A stretch of 58,216 bases of DNA from an uncultured virus (IMG/VR IMGVR_UViG_3300006930_000005) (IMGVR_UViG_3300006930_000005), one strand, 5' to 3'; shown: positions 30,701 to 41,812, counted from the stretch's first letter. Notes: generated by a model from the sequence alone, not told the origin. Numbers and translations: made by a program.

Positions 30701-33672
30701 AATATCAAGCTGCAGAAACAACTTTATCTGGAACAAGTGTTACTTTTAATAATAGCACAGGTGGATTTTTGAAAAGTTATGATTTTGAAGGAAATAGTAC
30801 TCAAGTAATAAAAACTGGTTATATAAGAAATGGACTTGTTGTACATTATGATGGTGTAGATAGTGAAAATTATAGTTTAACTAATACAAATACAAGTGCT
30901 AATAAAGCAGTTTGGAAAGATTTAAGTGGTAATGCTAAAAATGGTACATTAACAAACTTTAATTATAATAGTACAAGTGGATGGTTAAGTAACGGACTAA
31001 AATTTGATGGTACAAATGATTATGTTGTTTTAGATAATCCTAATATTTTTAGTTCAGATTTTACTATTGAGATTAATATAAAATCACCAAGTGTGATAGG
31101 TAGTTATATTGTATACAGTTTAGGTGAAACGACAGGTAAGCTATTCTTATTTTTTAGGAGCACGGGTTATATTACATTAGGTTCAAATGCCCCAGTAGAC
31201 GGGATTAGGTGGCAAATAGGAACATACATAGTAAATACTAATTATAATATAGTAATTAAAAGAACTAGTGACCAAATAAAGGCATATGTAAATAATGTTG
31301 AATATACTCCAACTTCTCAAGATAACGGTTCTTTTATAACAGCTTTAAACTCTGTTATTTTAACTGATAAAATATATTTAGGTGTATATAATTCTAATAA
31401 TGTATTTAGTTTATATTTACCTAGTACTATAAATAGTTTTAGGATATATAACAGGTCTGTTACTACAACTGAAGCTACAAATAACTACAATATAGATGTT
31501 TCGAGATTTGTGAATAATGATTTAAAAACATATAGTGTTTATGATGTTCCATGTAGTGATTATCCAAGTAACATATATAATGTTGGAGATAATAATAATT
31601 TAACATTATTAAAACATGGAAAGAATATGTTTGATTTAGCGATTGGCACTGTTACTGTAAATGGAGTTACATGTACAACATCTATTGATGGAACAATAAC
31701 TTTAAATGGAACATCTACAGGAAGCGGAACAATCTCATTGTCAGGACAAATTGCTTCTGGTTTCCCAAGCGTAAAGAATAGAATTATTATGGCTAATGGA
31801 TTAAATTATACATTGTCTAGGAGTATTATTTCAGGTACAGCATCGGTTGCTTCTATGGCAATTGGTTCATTAGATACTTCTGGTGTAACCACATACCCAA
31901 CTGGTTATTTATTTAACTTTAATTTCAATTCTAGTTCATCAGGAACTCAAACTTTAACTGCTGGAACTCCATTAGGCACAGGTTTTTCATCAAGTTTGTT
32001 GTCAAGAGGTGTATTTCTAAGTTTTAATGCTGCTGGAATCGTATATAATAATTACAAAATTAAAATCCAATTTGAACAAAACACAACAGCAACAGCATAT
32101 GAACCATATCAAGGTGCAGAGTACCCTATAACATTACCAAGTGGCTACATAGGTGGTAGTTTACCTAATTTAACTGTTGATACTTATGATTATGTAGTAG
32201 GTGGTAAGAATTTGTATAATAAAACAACTATTACTTCGGGTAAATATCTTAATAATTTAGGACAAGAAGTTACTCTCGCTGGGTGGTATATATCAGATTA
32301 TATAGATATATCAAATTTAAATGATATTACTTTATCTCCAGTCACTGGTACTTCAGCAGCACTTTGTTTTTATGATATAGATAAAGTATTTATATCAGGT
32401 ACTGCATATGGTGGAGATAAATCATTTATGAGCTTTAGTGTTCCTGATAATGCAGTATATACAAGATTTGCTGTTTATACTTATAGTATTAATAATACTC
32501 AATTAGAAGCTGGAACTGTTGCTACAGATATACAACCTTATGGATTACAAAGCGGTAATTATTTAATTAAAAAAATAGATAAATTTGTTTTAAATGGTAG
32601 TGAAACATATTCTTCACTTACTAATTCTACAGATGGTTATAAAAGATTTGCATATACAAATACATTAATAAAAATAAGTGATTTTAATCAAGTCTGTTGT
32701 TACTCAGATAAATTCTTGGGTGTTAGTCTTGCAAATAATACAACTACAACAACAGGTTATAAAAATTTGGTTTCGGTTGTGAATGCTTCAGGAGTGTTAG
32801 CTTTTAGGACAACTAGTACAACATACACAGTTACTGATTTTAAAAACTTTTTAGCAAGCAATAATGTAACAGTATATTATCCGTTAGCTATGCCAGTTTA
32901 TACACCTATTACATTACCACAAATAGAAATGTATGAAACTCCAACAACAATAACAAGCACAAATTCTGTTCTACCAACTATAAATGCAACTTATTCAGTA
33001 TGGAATGGTTATTCTTTACGTATTAGAAACGCAACTGAAACAAAAGCTTACATAGATTATTTTGGAAAAATAGGAGTTACAAGCGCAGTAATTGGTGGTT
33101 CAACGAATAACTTGCTGATAAACACTAATGGTTCTTTAACTTTTAATGGAACTTCTCGTTTCTATAATACAACAAGAAAAATATCTGGAAAAGCATTAGA
33201 AGTGAGTAGTATACCACCAACAAGTGAAATAACTGGTTATGTTGATTACGAAAAATATACAATAGGAGATACAAGTGTTTTTACAGATATATCTGATTTA
33301 AGAAGAATCCAATATAGTAATATTAACGTAAAAATATTGTGGGTTTGTTTAGAGAACTATGCTACTAATAGCGGTGAAGTTCAATGGCAAGTTCAATGGT
33401 CTACAATTGCAAAAGATGGTGGAGGCACTTTAGCTGTACCACAATACACAGGAACTGTAAAAAGTGGAGATGTTAATATCCCTACTAATTCAGGCGAAAT
33501 AAAAGAAACTGTAATATCTATACCTGGAACAAATATAGATAGAAATAATATAATAGGATTTTCATTATCTAGAGTTGCTTTAGATGGCGGTAATAATCCA
33601 ACGGTAGAACCAGGAATAATAGAAGTATTAATTGAAATGGCTCATGATAATTTAGGAGCCTCATATAGTTAA
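27772..33672 (+). CDS. large tail fibre/baseplate protein with LamG-like domain
   Basis: 1966 aa, TTG start after AAGGGGTG; GSGLDADLLDG, NPHSVTKAQVGL, GLVVHYDG...WKDLSGN...FDGTNDY motifs. Confidence 0.8.
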   Translation: MGSKEKRGLENILQSLENYIEPTLDKLRFDKTYKAKVITNKGDGLYTAQINGKQYDLRASSSELLPGTIVYAKAPLNNFSDIYIETSGVGGGAINYENLINKPSINNVELIGNKSLANLGIQPAGNYIVDNDYVHTDNNYTDADKAIVDSYTALDVLNKIKTVDGTGSGLDADLLDGQHSTYFEAVGNKVTSISGTSTDVQYPSAKLLYDQITPVNNSVSSLLNERELTLEPTGFTNNENITVNYNSTTRQVTLTGTFQAYYKGVLVSALTNGWVSPAHADVAGTYYLYYDGSTFQFSTVPWTYDKIQIAFVQYGTNNLAVKETHGFMQWQSHRELHNTIGAYKESGGVFNNFTPNSTTPANRRPDITALVLNDEDLRSTVNALTTKAYTQRTLTGSAVRTLTTNATEILPVSGSTPYYNLNTNGVWSQALMTNNNYAAIFVVGIPTTADTQSQLYRYMFIQPQQIGTLDVINSLTPANLTLGDVSNFVSEFVFFAKIVIEYSGNDWRITSISDIKGNVLTITQTTTTTHNSLSGLQGGGIAEYYHITAAQNIVVGNTSGVNTGDETNTTIKTKLGAASAINDGYLTSANWTTFNNKQNALTADVDYLTPGTASTTYEPKKGTDDNYVTDAEKLKIGNLPSDTNTALGLKADLVDGKVPASQLPAFVDDVLEFANLAAFPVTGEGGKIYIAMDTNRTYRWTGTGYAEISESLALGETSSTAYRGDRGKTAYDHTFLTNNPHSVTKAQVGLGNCDNTADVLKPVATQTTNGIMSSTDKAKLDGIAVNANNYVLPVASTSLGGIKSGTDITVDGSGNVSVVDDSHAHTKIKSIDDRDRKPADTTKGNTESTFMSLGGMTGAADNDYQDMLVLNTYADVSGGKVNALVFDKSEMKIRHYQASQTDTTWGVPKVLAYNDVVTQTTNGLMSSTDKTKLDGIEVGAQVNDTTSYVPYTNATKSVDLNTQRVYAGTEELNLDSEYQAAETTLSGTSVTFNNSTGGFLKSYDFEGNSTQVIKTGYIRNGLVVHYDGVDSENYSLTNTNTSANKAVWKDLSGNAKNGTLTNFNYNSTSGWLSNGLKFDGTNDYVVLDNPNIFSSDFTIEINIKSPSVIGSYIVYSLGETTGKLFLFFRSTGYITLGSNAPVDGIRWQIGTYIVNTNYNIVIKRTSDQIKAYVNNVEYTPTSQDNGSFITALNSVILTDKIYLGVYNSNNVFSLYLPSTINSFRIYNRSVTTTEATNNYNIDVSRFVNNDLKTYSVYDVPCSDYPSNIYNVGDNNNLTLLKHGKNMFDLAIGTVTVNGVTCTTSIDGTITLNGTSTGSGTISLSGQIASGFPSVKNRIIMANGLNYTLSRSIISGTASVASMAIGSLDTSGVTTYPTGYLFNFNFNSSSSGTQTLTAGTPLGTGFSSSLLSRGVFLSFNAAGIVYNNYKIKIQFEQNTTATAYEPYQGAEYPITLPSGYIGGSLPNLTVDTYDYVVGGKNLYNKTTITSGKYLNNLGQEVTLAGWYISDYIDISNLNDITLSPVTGTSAALCFYDIDKVFISGTAYGGDKSFMSFSVPDNAVYTRFAVYTYSINNTQLEAGTVATDIQPYGLQSGNYLIKKIDKFVLNGSETYSSLTNSTDGYKRFAYTNTLIKISDFNQVCCYSDKFLGVSLANNTTTTTGYKNLVSVVNASGVLAFRTTSTTYTVTDFKNFLASNNVTVYYPLAMPVYTPITLPQIEMYETPTTITSTNSVLPTINATYSVWNGYSLRIRNATETKAYIDYFGKIGVTSAVIGGSTNNLLINTNGSLTFNGTSRFYNTTRKISGKALEVSSIPPTSEITGYVDYEKYTIGDTSVFTDISDLRRIQYSNINVKILWVCLENYATNSGEVQWQVQWSTIAKDGGGTLAVPQYTGTVKSGDVNIPTNSGEIKETVISIPGTNIDRNNIIGFSLSRVALDGGNNPTVEPGIIEVLIEMAHDNLGASYS

Positions 33673-33693
33673 TAAATTTCAGGAGGTGTAAAT

Positions 33694-35091
33694 ATGATAA
33701 AAAATTATAATATAATAGCTAGTTTTATAGAAGATAATTTAGAATATCCAAAAATGGTATTTGTAAAAGATGATAATATATCAACTCAGTTAAGTTTTTA
33801 TATAAAAGACACTGTTACAGATGGGCAAAATATTAAATTAACGTTTAAAAACTCTAACAATGATATATATGAACAATTATTGACTATAATAAATAGTAAA
33901 GCAACTTATTTAGTTCCAAATGAATTTCTTAATTATTCAGGTTATGCTAGTTTGAGTTTAACATATATTTCTGGAGAAGAAATATATACAATATCAGAAT
34001 TTATAACAAATATATTAATAGAAAATAATTTAGGGGTAGGCGTAATACCTACTCCTGAAGAAATAAGTATAATAAATGATATAATATCTCAACTTAATGA
34101 AGAAATAGCTATAGTTCAATCTATGACAGGTCAAATTCCAGGCGGAACAACAGGTCAATCATTGGTAAAAAAAACAAATGATGATTTTGATATGGAATGG
34201 AAAACTTTAAATGCAGATATGATAACAGATGGGACTACTAATAAAGTTTATACAGCAGTTGAAAAAACTAGATTAGCAAACACGAGTGGTTCTAATACGG
34301 GAGACCAAGATTTATCTGTAAAGATTGATTTAAATGGTGTTAATTCTAATATAGATAAATTAAAATTCAATGTATCAAATACTCAAACATTAGTTAATCC
34401 TGGGGAATTAAGATGGAACAATACAGATAAAACATTAGATTTAAAATTATCTACCGATGTTACTATGCAATTAGGACAAGAAATATTATTAAGAGCAACA
34501 AATAAAGAAACATTTACTATATTAAATGGCAAAGCTGTTTATGTAAGTGGTGCAACAGGTTCTAATCCAAGTATTAAGTTAGCAAGCGCTTCTTTACATG
34601 ATATTGCAAAATGCACTATAGGTATTGCAACAGAAGATTTAACTGCAAATGAAAATGGTTTTATATGTACTCAAGGTGTTGTAAATGGAATAAATACTTA
34701 TGCTTTTGAAGAAGGACAAGAAATATTTCTTGGAGAAAATGGAAGTATAACAAACGTTTTACCAGTATCTCCATTGACAAAAGTATGTTTAGGTGTAGTA
34801 TTAAGAAAACATAGTTCTAATGGAGCTATTTTCGTAAAGATACAAATATATAATGATTTAACAGAATTATCTGATGTGCACACAACAGATTTAATTAATA
34901 ATGATATATTAGTTTGGAATTCGACAAATTCAAGATTTGAAAATAGACAAAACTCAATGATATCTGGATATATAACACCAGTAACAGGATATAAAAGTGT
35001 TGATGGTAGCATAGGTGCAACAGGAAGTTTTCAAAGTCAAGATGGGAAAACTATATCAGTAAAAAACGGCATAATAGTTGGCATAACATAG
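33694..35091 (+). CDS. tail/baseplate protein
   Basis: GGTTGQSLVKKT motif and capsid-cement-like C-terminal part. Confidence 0.6.
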   Translation: MIKNYNIIASFIEDNLEYPKMVFVKDDNISTQLSFYIKDTVTDGQNIKLTFKNSNNDIYEQLLTIINSKATYLVPNEFLNYSGYASLSLTYISGEEIYTISEFITNILIENNLGVGVIPTPEEISIINDIISQLNEEIAIVQSMTGQIPGGTTGQSLVKKTNDDFDMEWKTLNADMITDGTTNKVYTAVEKTRLANTSGSNTGDQDLSVKIDLNGVNSNIDKLKFNVSNTQTLVNPGELRWNNTDKTLDLKLSTDVTMQLGQEILLRATNKETFTILNGKAVYVSGATGSNPSIKLASASLHDIAKCTIGIATEDLTANENGFICTQGVVNGINTYAFEEGQEIFLGENGSITNVLPVSPLTKVCLGVVLRKHSSNGAIFVKIQIYNDLTELSDVHTTDLINNDILVWNSTNSRFENRQNSMISGYITPVTGYKSVDGSIGATGSFQSQDGKTISVKNGIIVGIT

Positions 35092-35102
35092 GAGGTGATT
35101 AA

Positions 35103-36251
35103 ATGGCTTTAACACAACCAGTATTGAATCAAATAGTCGCTTTTGACTCAACAGATTCAAATATAATATCTTTTTCTTTAATAGGAGGAGACCAAGTAGT
35201 AGGAAATAGACTATTAATAAAAAACAACCAAACTGGTGCAACAATATATAATCAAATCCAATATACTTATAAATTTGAACATACAATTCCAGCTGGAACA
35301 TTAACTAATGGTGGATACTATAATGCAACTTTAACTACATTAAATTTTAGTGGAGTTGAAAGTACACCTAGTATACCAGTAGCTTTTAGATGTTTTACAA
35401 CACCTTTATTAACAATAACAAATGTAAATCCTGATGATATAATAGAACAATCTACTTATAAATTTACAGGAAATTATTCTCAAATAGAAGGCGAATTAAT
35501 TAATGGTTATAAATTTATATTATATGATACTAACGAAAATATATTGTCTCAATCAGATATATTATATACTGAAAGTATAGAGTATTCATTTTTAGGTTTT
35601 AGTAATAATACGCAATATTATATTGAATTAATAGGAACAACAATAGAAGGAACTTCTATGACAAGTGGCTTAATAGTTTTTACTGTAAGATATATTAGTC
35701 CTTTTTTATTTTCAATTGCAGGATTAGAAAATCAATGTGAAACAGGAAATATACAAATAAGTTCTAATATAGTTGCTATAGATGGAACATCTAATCCAAC
35801 ACCGCCTATTTATGGAGATAGCTCAGTAGATTTAACTAGTTTAAGTTCTTGGGTTCAGTGGTTACAAGGATATAATATAAAAGACGATTTAACTATGAGG
35901 GCATGGGGAAGTCATTTTAATAAAAATGAAACAATAATAACTTTAAGTAATAATTTAAATAACGAAAACAATCTTAATAAAATGGAATTAAAATACATAG
36001 AACAACAATTAGAATCAGACCCTGAGCCTATATATGGTGTTCAGCTTTTATTAAGATGTTGGACTAATAATAGTTCACCTTATGTAATTCATAGTAATAT
36101 CATAGAATCTCCTTTAAAAATTGATACAGTATTTATATGGTTAAGGAGAAGTAATAATTTATTTGATTTAAAAATAGAAAATATAACAAATATAGCGGTA
36201 ACTGGTGACAATATTTTTGAAATGGAATTTGATGCACCATTTACAGAATAA
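35103..36251 (+). CDS. structural protein with FN3-like modules
   Basis: Beta-rich, LTNGGYY and FSNNTQYYIEL patterns. Confidence 0.55.
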   Translation: MALTQPVLNQIVAFDSTDSNIISFSLIGGDQVVGNRLLIKNNQTGATIYNQIQYTYKFEHTIPAGTLTNGGYYNATLTTLNFSGVESTPSIPVAFRCFTTPLLTITNVNPDDIIEQSTYKFTGNYSQIEGELINGYKFILYDTNENILSQSDILYTESIEYSFLGFSNNTQYYIELIGTTIEGTSMTSGLIVFTVRYISPFLFSIAGLENQCETGNIQISSNIVAIDGTSNPTPPIYGDSSVDLTSLSSWVQWLQGYNIKDDLTMRAWGSHFNKNETIITLSNNLNNENNLNKMELKYIEQQLESDPEPIYGVQLLLRCWTNNSSPYVIHSNIIESPLKIDTVFIWLRRSNNLFDLKIENITNIAVTGDNIFEMEFDAPFTE

Positions 36252-36267
36252 AAAAGGAGGTTATAAT

Positions 36268-37263
36268 ATGGCAAAAATAACATACGTAGATAAAGAAACA
36301 TTAAATGACAAACCTTTAGTAGAACCAAAATATAAACTTAGGGCTGAAGATGCAAACGAAATTAAAACTTCTGTTAATGCATTATATGATAATAAAGCTG
36401 ATTTAGCAAGTCCTATTTTTACTGGAACTCCTACATTACCTGCTGATACTACAATAGGCGATGTTTCAGGGACGGAAATAGGTTATTTAAATAATTTAAC
36501 TACAAACATACAAGATAAATTCAATACATTAGATGGAATAGATACTGATTTTTTAAATCAACTATTTTCGGGTTGGAATACTTTAACAGGTGCTACGTTA
36601 ACATATTCTAGTTCTGATACACCAAATTATACAGTTGCTACTGATATAGATTTAACAACAATATTAAGTTTGGGAATGAAAATAAAATTAACTCAAACAA
36701 CTACAAAATATTTTATATTAGTGGGGATAACATCGACTACAATGACTTTATATGGTGGAACAGATTATACTTTGGTATCTGCTGCAATAACAAATGTGCA
36801 TTTTAGCACGCAAAAAACACCTTATGGATTTCCATTAAGTCCAGATAAATGGAGTGTTATAATTAAAGACACTGTTGGATTAATACAATCCAATCCAACA
36901 GTTAATATTTGGTATAATATAGGAGCATTTAAAATAGATGTACCAATTGGGTGTTGGAATATAATATATGATTTAATCGCTGAAGGGGCTATAAACTCAG
37001 GAACACAAGCGCAATGCCAAACAACTTTGTCAACAACTAATAACTCACAAACTGATATTGATTTCACATCATTTGCAAGAGTTTCAAGTGGAAATGCAAG
37101 TATATCTATAAGTGAAAAACAATATAAATCTAAAATTATAGAGATAACTACGAAAACGCCTTATTATTTATTAGCAATGACTGCAGTTACAGGTCAATCT
37201 TCGGTTGGATTCAAAAGTACAATAGGTACTACAACATTAAAAGCAGTATGTGCTTATTTATAA
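36268..37263 (+). CDS. tail fibre-like protein
   Basis: ATG 36268 after AAGGAGG; KADLASPIFTGTPT motif. Confidence 0.6.
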   Translation: MAKITYVDKETLNDKPLVEPKYKLRAEDANEIKTSVNALYDNKADLASPIFTGTPTLPADTTIGDVSGTEIGYLNNLTTNIQDKFNTLDGIDTDFLNQLFSGWNTLTGATLTYSSSDTPNYTVATDIDLTTILSLGMKIKLTQTTTKYFILVGITSTTMTLYGGTDYTLVSAAITNVHFSTQKTPYGFPLSPDKWSVIIKDTVGLIQSNPTVNIWYNIGAFKIDVPIGCWNIIYDLIAEGAINSGTQAQCQTTLSTTNNSQTDIDFTSFARVSSGNASISISEKQYKSKIIEITTKTPYYLLAMTAVTGQSSVGFKSTIGTTTLKAVCAYL

Positions 37264-37284
37264 AAAAGAAGAGAGGTAGATTAG

Positions 37285-38184
37285 ATGATATTTTTAGGTT
37301 ATAATTTTTTAAGAGACGCTTATTCTGCCCAACCTACTCCAAGTAATTTAACTAATTTAACTAATATAAAAATAGAAAATGGAATATATGACCATTTTAA
37401 CGTAACTAAAGATGTGTCTTTTTCTTATACTAATGTAATACCATTAGAGTGGACTTTAAGTACAAAATTAAATGCAGATTTTGATAATTCTATTAATGCT
37501 GGTAATATTGATTATGTAATATCTGAAATAAGTTCAATAAGAGTAAAGAGAAGAATAAAAGGTACTTTTAACTGGATTACATTATTTGATGTACCTGTTA
37601 ACTCTGTTGAAGATGTTGACTTTACAAAAAATGATTTTACTAACCAAAGCGAAATAGAATATGAATATGCTATAGTTCCTGTAATTGGTAATATAGAAGG
37701 TGAATATTCAGTAAGTGAAATAAAATCTCAGTTCTATGGTGTGTTTATAACAGATAATGAAAAATCTTATAAATTTAGTGAGAATGTAAAATATGCAAGT
37801 AATGAGAGAGTAAATTTAAGTGCAGTTTATAATCCTTATGGAAGTAAATATCCTATATTAGTTCAAAATGGAAATATAAATTATGAGAGAGGTAATCTAT
37901 CAGGAGATGTTATTGTATTTGACAGTAGTTCTAATATAGATAGATTAGAAACAGTAAACAGATTAAGTAATATAAAAGAATTCTTAAAAAACAAAAATGC
38001 AAAAATACTAAAAGATTTTAACGGAAATATATGGTTAATTCAATTAGATGGGAATATCGGTTCTACTTATTATTCTGAAATAGGTATGGGTATTGCAAAT
38101 GTAACATTTAATTGGGTAGAAATAGGCGATGTTAATAGTGGTAAAGATTTATATAAAAATGGTTTAATTAGTTATTATGAATAA
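37285..38184 (+). CDS. putative distal tail/baseplate protein
   Basis: KILKDFNGNIW...FNWVEIG motif; position. Confidence 0.55.
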   Translation: MIFLGYNFLRDAYSAQPTPSNLTNLTNIKIENGIYDHFNVTKDVSFSYTNVIPLEWTLSTKLNADFDNSINAGNIDYVISEISSIRVKRRIKGTFNWITLFDVPVNSVEDVDFTKNDFTNQSEIEYEYAIVPVIGNIEGEYSVSEIKSQFYGVFITDNEKSYKFSENVKYASNERVNLSAVYNPYGSKYPILVQNGNINYERGNLSGDVIVFDSSSNIDRLETVNRLSNIKEFLKNKNAKILKDFNGNIWLIQLDGNIGSTYYSEIGMGIANVTFNWVEIGDVNSGKDLYKNGLISYYE

Positions 38185-38203
38185 AAAAAGGAGGTGATGT
38201 TAT

Positions 38204-41053
38204 ATGGCTATAATACCAACACAACAAGATTATGATATGTTACAACAATCAATAAGAGATTTGCAAGTAAAGATAGAATTATTAAATTTTAATTTTCAAA
38301 TAGTTGATAATATAGAAGGTAATTTAATAGACGGAACTTTAAATATAGATGCTAATCAAGATATAAGAAGGACTTGTAATTTATCTTTAATTGTAACAGA
38401 TAGTAGTTTTGATATTCAACAAGGTGGAAAGATATGGCTTGATAAATATATAAGAATATATATTGGATATACAGATATTATAACTAAAACTGTTAGGTTT
38501 TGGAATATGGGTATTTTTATGATAAATAATCCACATAGACAATATGATTCTGTAACAAACACACTTTCTTTTGAAGGAATAGATTTAATGGCTAAATTAA
38601 CTGGTAAAAGAAATGGGCAACTTGAAGCTTTAACAACAGTAATACCTGCTGGTACAAATATAAAAGAAGCGGTAATAGCTACAATAACACAATTGGGCGG
38701 TTTCACTAATTATGTTATAGATGATATAGATGAAACAGTTCCTTATGATATAAAAGTAGAAAGTACTTCTTTTGTATATGATATATTAGCAACATTAAGA
38801 GATTTATATTCAAATTGGGAAATGTTTTTTGATATAGATGGAGTTTTTAACTTTAAAAGAATTCCAACGGGTGTTAATAGTGCTGTTGTTTTAGATTTTT
38901 CTCAATTAGAAACTAATATTAATATAACTGATAATATAGATGTTAACTTTGAAAATGTTAAAAATCGTATTACTGTTTGGGGAAGATTATTAGATGATGG
39001 GACTCAAATAGTTGGAAGGTCAGCAGATTATTATGAAACAAGTCCTTATAAAATAGATTCTATTGGAAAGATAAATTATGTAATAACGGACGAAAGGATT
39101 TATACTAATGAATTAGCAACTGAAAGAGCTAATTATGAATTGTATTTACATTCAAGAATGAACGACGCTATTAACATAGAAGTTGTTCCTATTTATTGGT
39201 TAAACGATGTAAATGAATGTATAAAATTATATAATGAAAATATAGGTATAAGTGATAATTATTTAATAAAAAGTATATCTTTATCTTTAAGTATAGAAGG
39301 GACAATGTCTATAAATGCAATAAAAATTTATGATGAGTCTTCATTACCAGAAGCTCCTAGACCACAAGTTTATATATATGGAGATACTAATATAAATATA
39401 CAAAATTGTCCTTTTGAATTATTTATTAAAATAGAAGGTGAAGATATTATAAGTGATATAAAAGCAGAAGATATAACTATATCAGATACTATATTATCAG
39501 TGAATCCTACAGTAACAAAGTTAAGTGAAATATTATATAGTGTTTCATTTCCAGGGTATCCATTTGGAGAAAATTTTTCTATTTCTATTGCTAGTGGTGT
39601 ATGTACTAATTTATACGGACAAAATAACCTTGCTACAGAACCATTAGAAATTAGCTTTGTTAAACCTGGATATGATGCATATTACATTAATTATAATACA
39701 CTAAGCGAAACAGATGCTCTTGCTTATATTGATTTTGGATATGATTTTAATATATATGGCGTTACTGATTTAACACCATGGATATTTGATATAGATTTTA
39801 AATTAGCTCAAAATGGTAATTATAATAAAATTCTTTTTGAGAAAGGTTCTGGTAGTAATAAAATAGGCGCTACTTTATTAAATGATTCGGTTAATAATCC
39901 AACTAATATAGTATTAACTTTTTATCAAGGTGCAACAAATATTACAATTAATATACCTAGAACATATGGTGGAAATACTATAACTGATTTAAAAAAATAT
40001 AATTTAAAATTACAAATTAATGCTGATATGAAAATAGATTTGATATTCAGAGATGCTTCTGGCACAGGTTATAATTATAATGTAAAAAATAGTACAGTTT
40101 TAACTAATGCTTTGATTGCAGGAAACTTATTTGTTTCAGGTACAAATTCTACTGATATTTCATTAAATGGTTTAAATGGATGGAATACACCTATATATAG
40201 AATAAAATTAGCCGGTAAAGATTCAACTGGAACTTATAAAATAGGAGAATATGACTTTTATAATGACATTGGAGAAAGTTTTGTAACAGATGTTCATACT
40301 AACATTACTAATGATAAAATAAACGCTCTTATAAATAATAGTGGAATTGTAGCATATGAAGTTTATGAACCAAAAGTTATATTACAGAATAGAGTTTATT
40401 CTTATTTTACAAATAGTTCTAATACTGATAGAGATATGTATATGATAACAGTAACACCTTTAAATGGAACTATAGAAGAATTAAACATTGATGATATATC
40501 ATTTGACCCTCTATTTGCAGAATTTGTTTCTATTGAAGAAATAAGTTATAATTCTAATCCAACAGGCTCTTGGTTAGTTAAATTAAGAGCTATACAATAT
40601 GGAACTTCAGAATTCTATGTTAAGGCAGGTGTTATTACTCCTACAACTGGTATTATATCTAATGAAGATTCTGATATTTGTATATTAGAAAAAGTTGAAA
40701 CTAGTTTATTAGACACTATAACTCCAAATGAAGTTTTATTAGGTAGTTATAATCCACCAGGACAATTTTATTCATTAGTAACAACTTATAATTTCAACAT
40801 TTGGACTCAAACACCTAGCAACTTAAGTATAGATGATTTAATATTTGATTCATCTTTATTAAGAATACATGGTTCTGGATATTATAAAACAAACGAAGGT
40901 TTACCTGAAGATTATTATTATACATATTTTATATATGTAAGTAATGTGACAGAAAAACTAGGTTCATTCCAAATAAGACCAGGCGCAATTAGAGATACTG
41001 TACAAGGAACTGAAAGTAATGCTTCAGGTGTAATTTCATTTATACCTGAATAA
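38204..41053 (+). CDS. baseplate hub/tail protein
   Basis: DIRRTCNL, DLMAKLTG, WEMFFDIDGVF; extended C-terminal beta domains. Confidence 0.65.
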   Translation: MAIIPTQQDYDMLQQSIRDLQVKIELLNFNFQIVDNIEGNLIDGTLNIDANQDIRRTCNLSLIVTDSSFDIQQGGKIWLDKYIRIYIGYTDIITKTVRFWNMGIFMINNPHRQYDSVTNTLSFEGIDLMAKLTGKRNGQLEALTTVIPAGTNIKEAVIATITQLGGFTNYVIDDIDETVPYDIKVESTSFVYDILATLRDLYSNWEMFFDIDGVFNFKRIPTGVNSAVVLDFSQLETNINITDNIDVNFENVKNRITVWGRLLDDGTQIVGRSADYYETSPYKIDSIGKINYVITDERIYTNELATERANYELYLHSRMNDAINIEVVPIYWLNDVNECIKLYNENIGISDNYLIKSISLSLSIEGTMSINAIKIYDESSLPEAPRPQVYIYGDTNINIQNCPFELFIKIEGEDIISDIKAEDITISDTILSVNPTVTKLSEILYSVSFPGYPFGENFSISIASGVCTNLYGQNNLATEPLEISFVKPGYDAYYINYNTLSETDALAYIDFGYDFNIYGVTDLTPWIFDIDFKLAQNGNYNKILFEKGSGSNKIGATLLNDSVNNPTNIVLTFYQGATNITINIPRTYGGNTITDLKKYNLKLQINADMKIDLIFRDASGTGYNYNVKNSTVLTNALIAGNLFVSGTNSTDISLNGLNGWNTPIYRIKLAGKDSTGTYKIGEYDFYNDIGESFVTDVHTNITNDKINALINNSGIVAYEVYEPKVILQNRVYSYFTNSSNTDRDMYMITVTPLNGTIEELNIDDISFDPLFAEFVSIEEISYNSNPTGSWLVKLRAIQYGTSEFYVKAGVITPTTGIISNEDSDICILEKVETSLLDTITPNEVLLGSYNPPGQFYSLVTTYNFNIWTQTPSNLSIDDLIFDSSLLRIHGSGYYKTNEGLPEDYYYTYFIYVSNVTEKLGSFQIRPGAIRDTVQGTESNASGVISFIPE

Positions 41054-41077
41054 AATAATTAAGAAAGAGGTGATTAA

Positions 41078-41812
41078 ATGTCTATTACAAATCCTGATTT
41101 AATATATACAACTTATCCTGATACAATAGATAATATATTATTAAAAAGCAATATTACAAATGCAACGGATTCAAGTTTAGTTCAACAAATACAAGCGTTT
41201 TATGTAGCTGGTGATTTTGCTAGTGCGGCAGCTTTAATGACTGCAAATCCACAATTAAATGGTAAAATATTTAACGCAAATGATTTTAATCAATTAAGAG
41301 ATGCTATAATTGCGTTAGAAAGATTTTATAATTCTGATATTTCTCCTTATATAGAAACAAAACAAACAGAATGGCAGAATATAATAGATAAATTTTCTTT
41401 TAAAGGTATTTATAGTCCCACAATACAATATTACCAAAACAATTTAGTAAACTATACAACAACTTCTGGTACTTTTTTATATATTTGTATTGCACAACCA
41501 TCTGTCGGAATAGCTCCTAATAATACAACTTATTGGAGAGTATTTACTGTACAAGGTGAAAGAGGAGTTTCAGGAACAGGAATGAGTTTTGCTTATTTAT
41601 ATAACCCTACATTATCTTATTCAGTAAATAATGTAGTTATTTACAAAGATAAGTGGTGGGGAGCATTGCAGCCAAATCAAGGACAAACTCCTTTTGAGGG
41701 TTCTACTTATTGGCAAGCAATATTAACTTCTCTGCCAGCAATACAAATACCTATAACTGATATGCAACCAGCAGACCAAATTCTTGGAGACCAATGGTAT
41801 AAAATAATATAA
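41078..41812 (+). CDS. minor tail protein with carbohydrate-binding-like repeats
   Basis: Y..N.V.Y...Y...P..T.YW repeats. Confidence 0.55.
   Translation: MSITNPDLIYTTYPDTIDNILLKSNITNATDSSLVQQIQAFYVAGDFASAAALMTANPQLNGKIFNANDFNQLRDAIIALERFYNSDISPYIETKQTEWQNIIDKFSFKGIYSPTIQYYQNNLVNYTTTSGTFLYICIAQPSVGIAPNNTTYWRVFTVQGERGVSGTGMSFAYLYNPTLSYSVNNVVIYKDKWWGALQPNQGQTPFEGSTYWQAILTSLPAIQIPITDMQPADQILGDQWYKII

Noticed and set aside
116..38706. Short - strand ORFs under the structural genes (116, 2928, 7638, 10788, 12244, 14300, 17715, 19225, 23465, 25685, 28526, 34698, 35056, 36089, 36822, 38416)
   Set aside because: Antisense shadows of longer, motif-bearing genes, without recognisable motifs.
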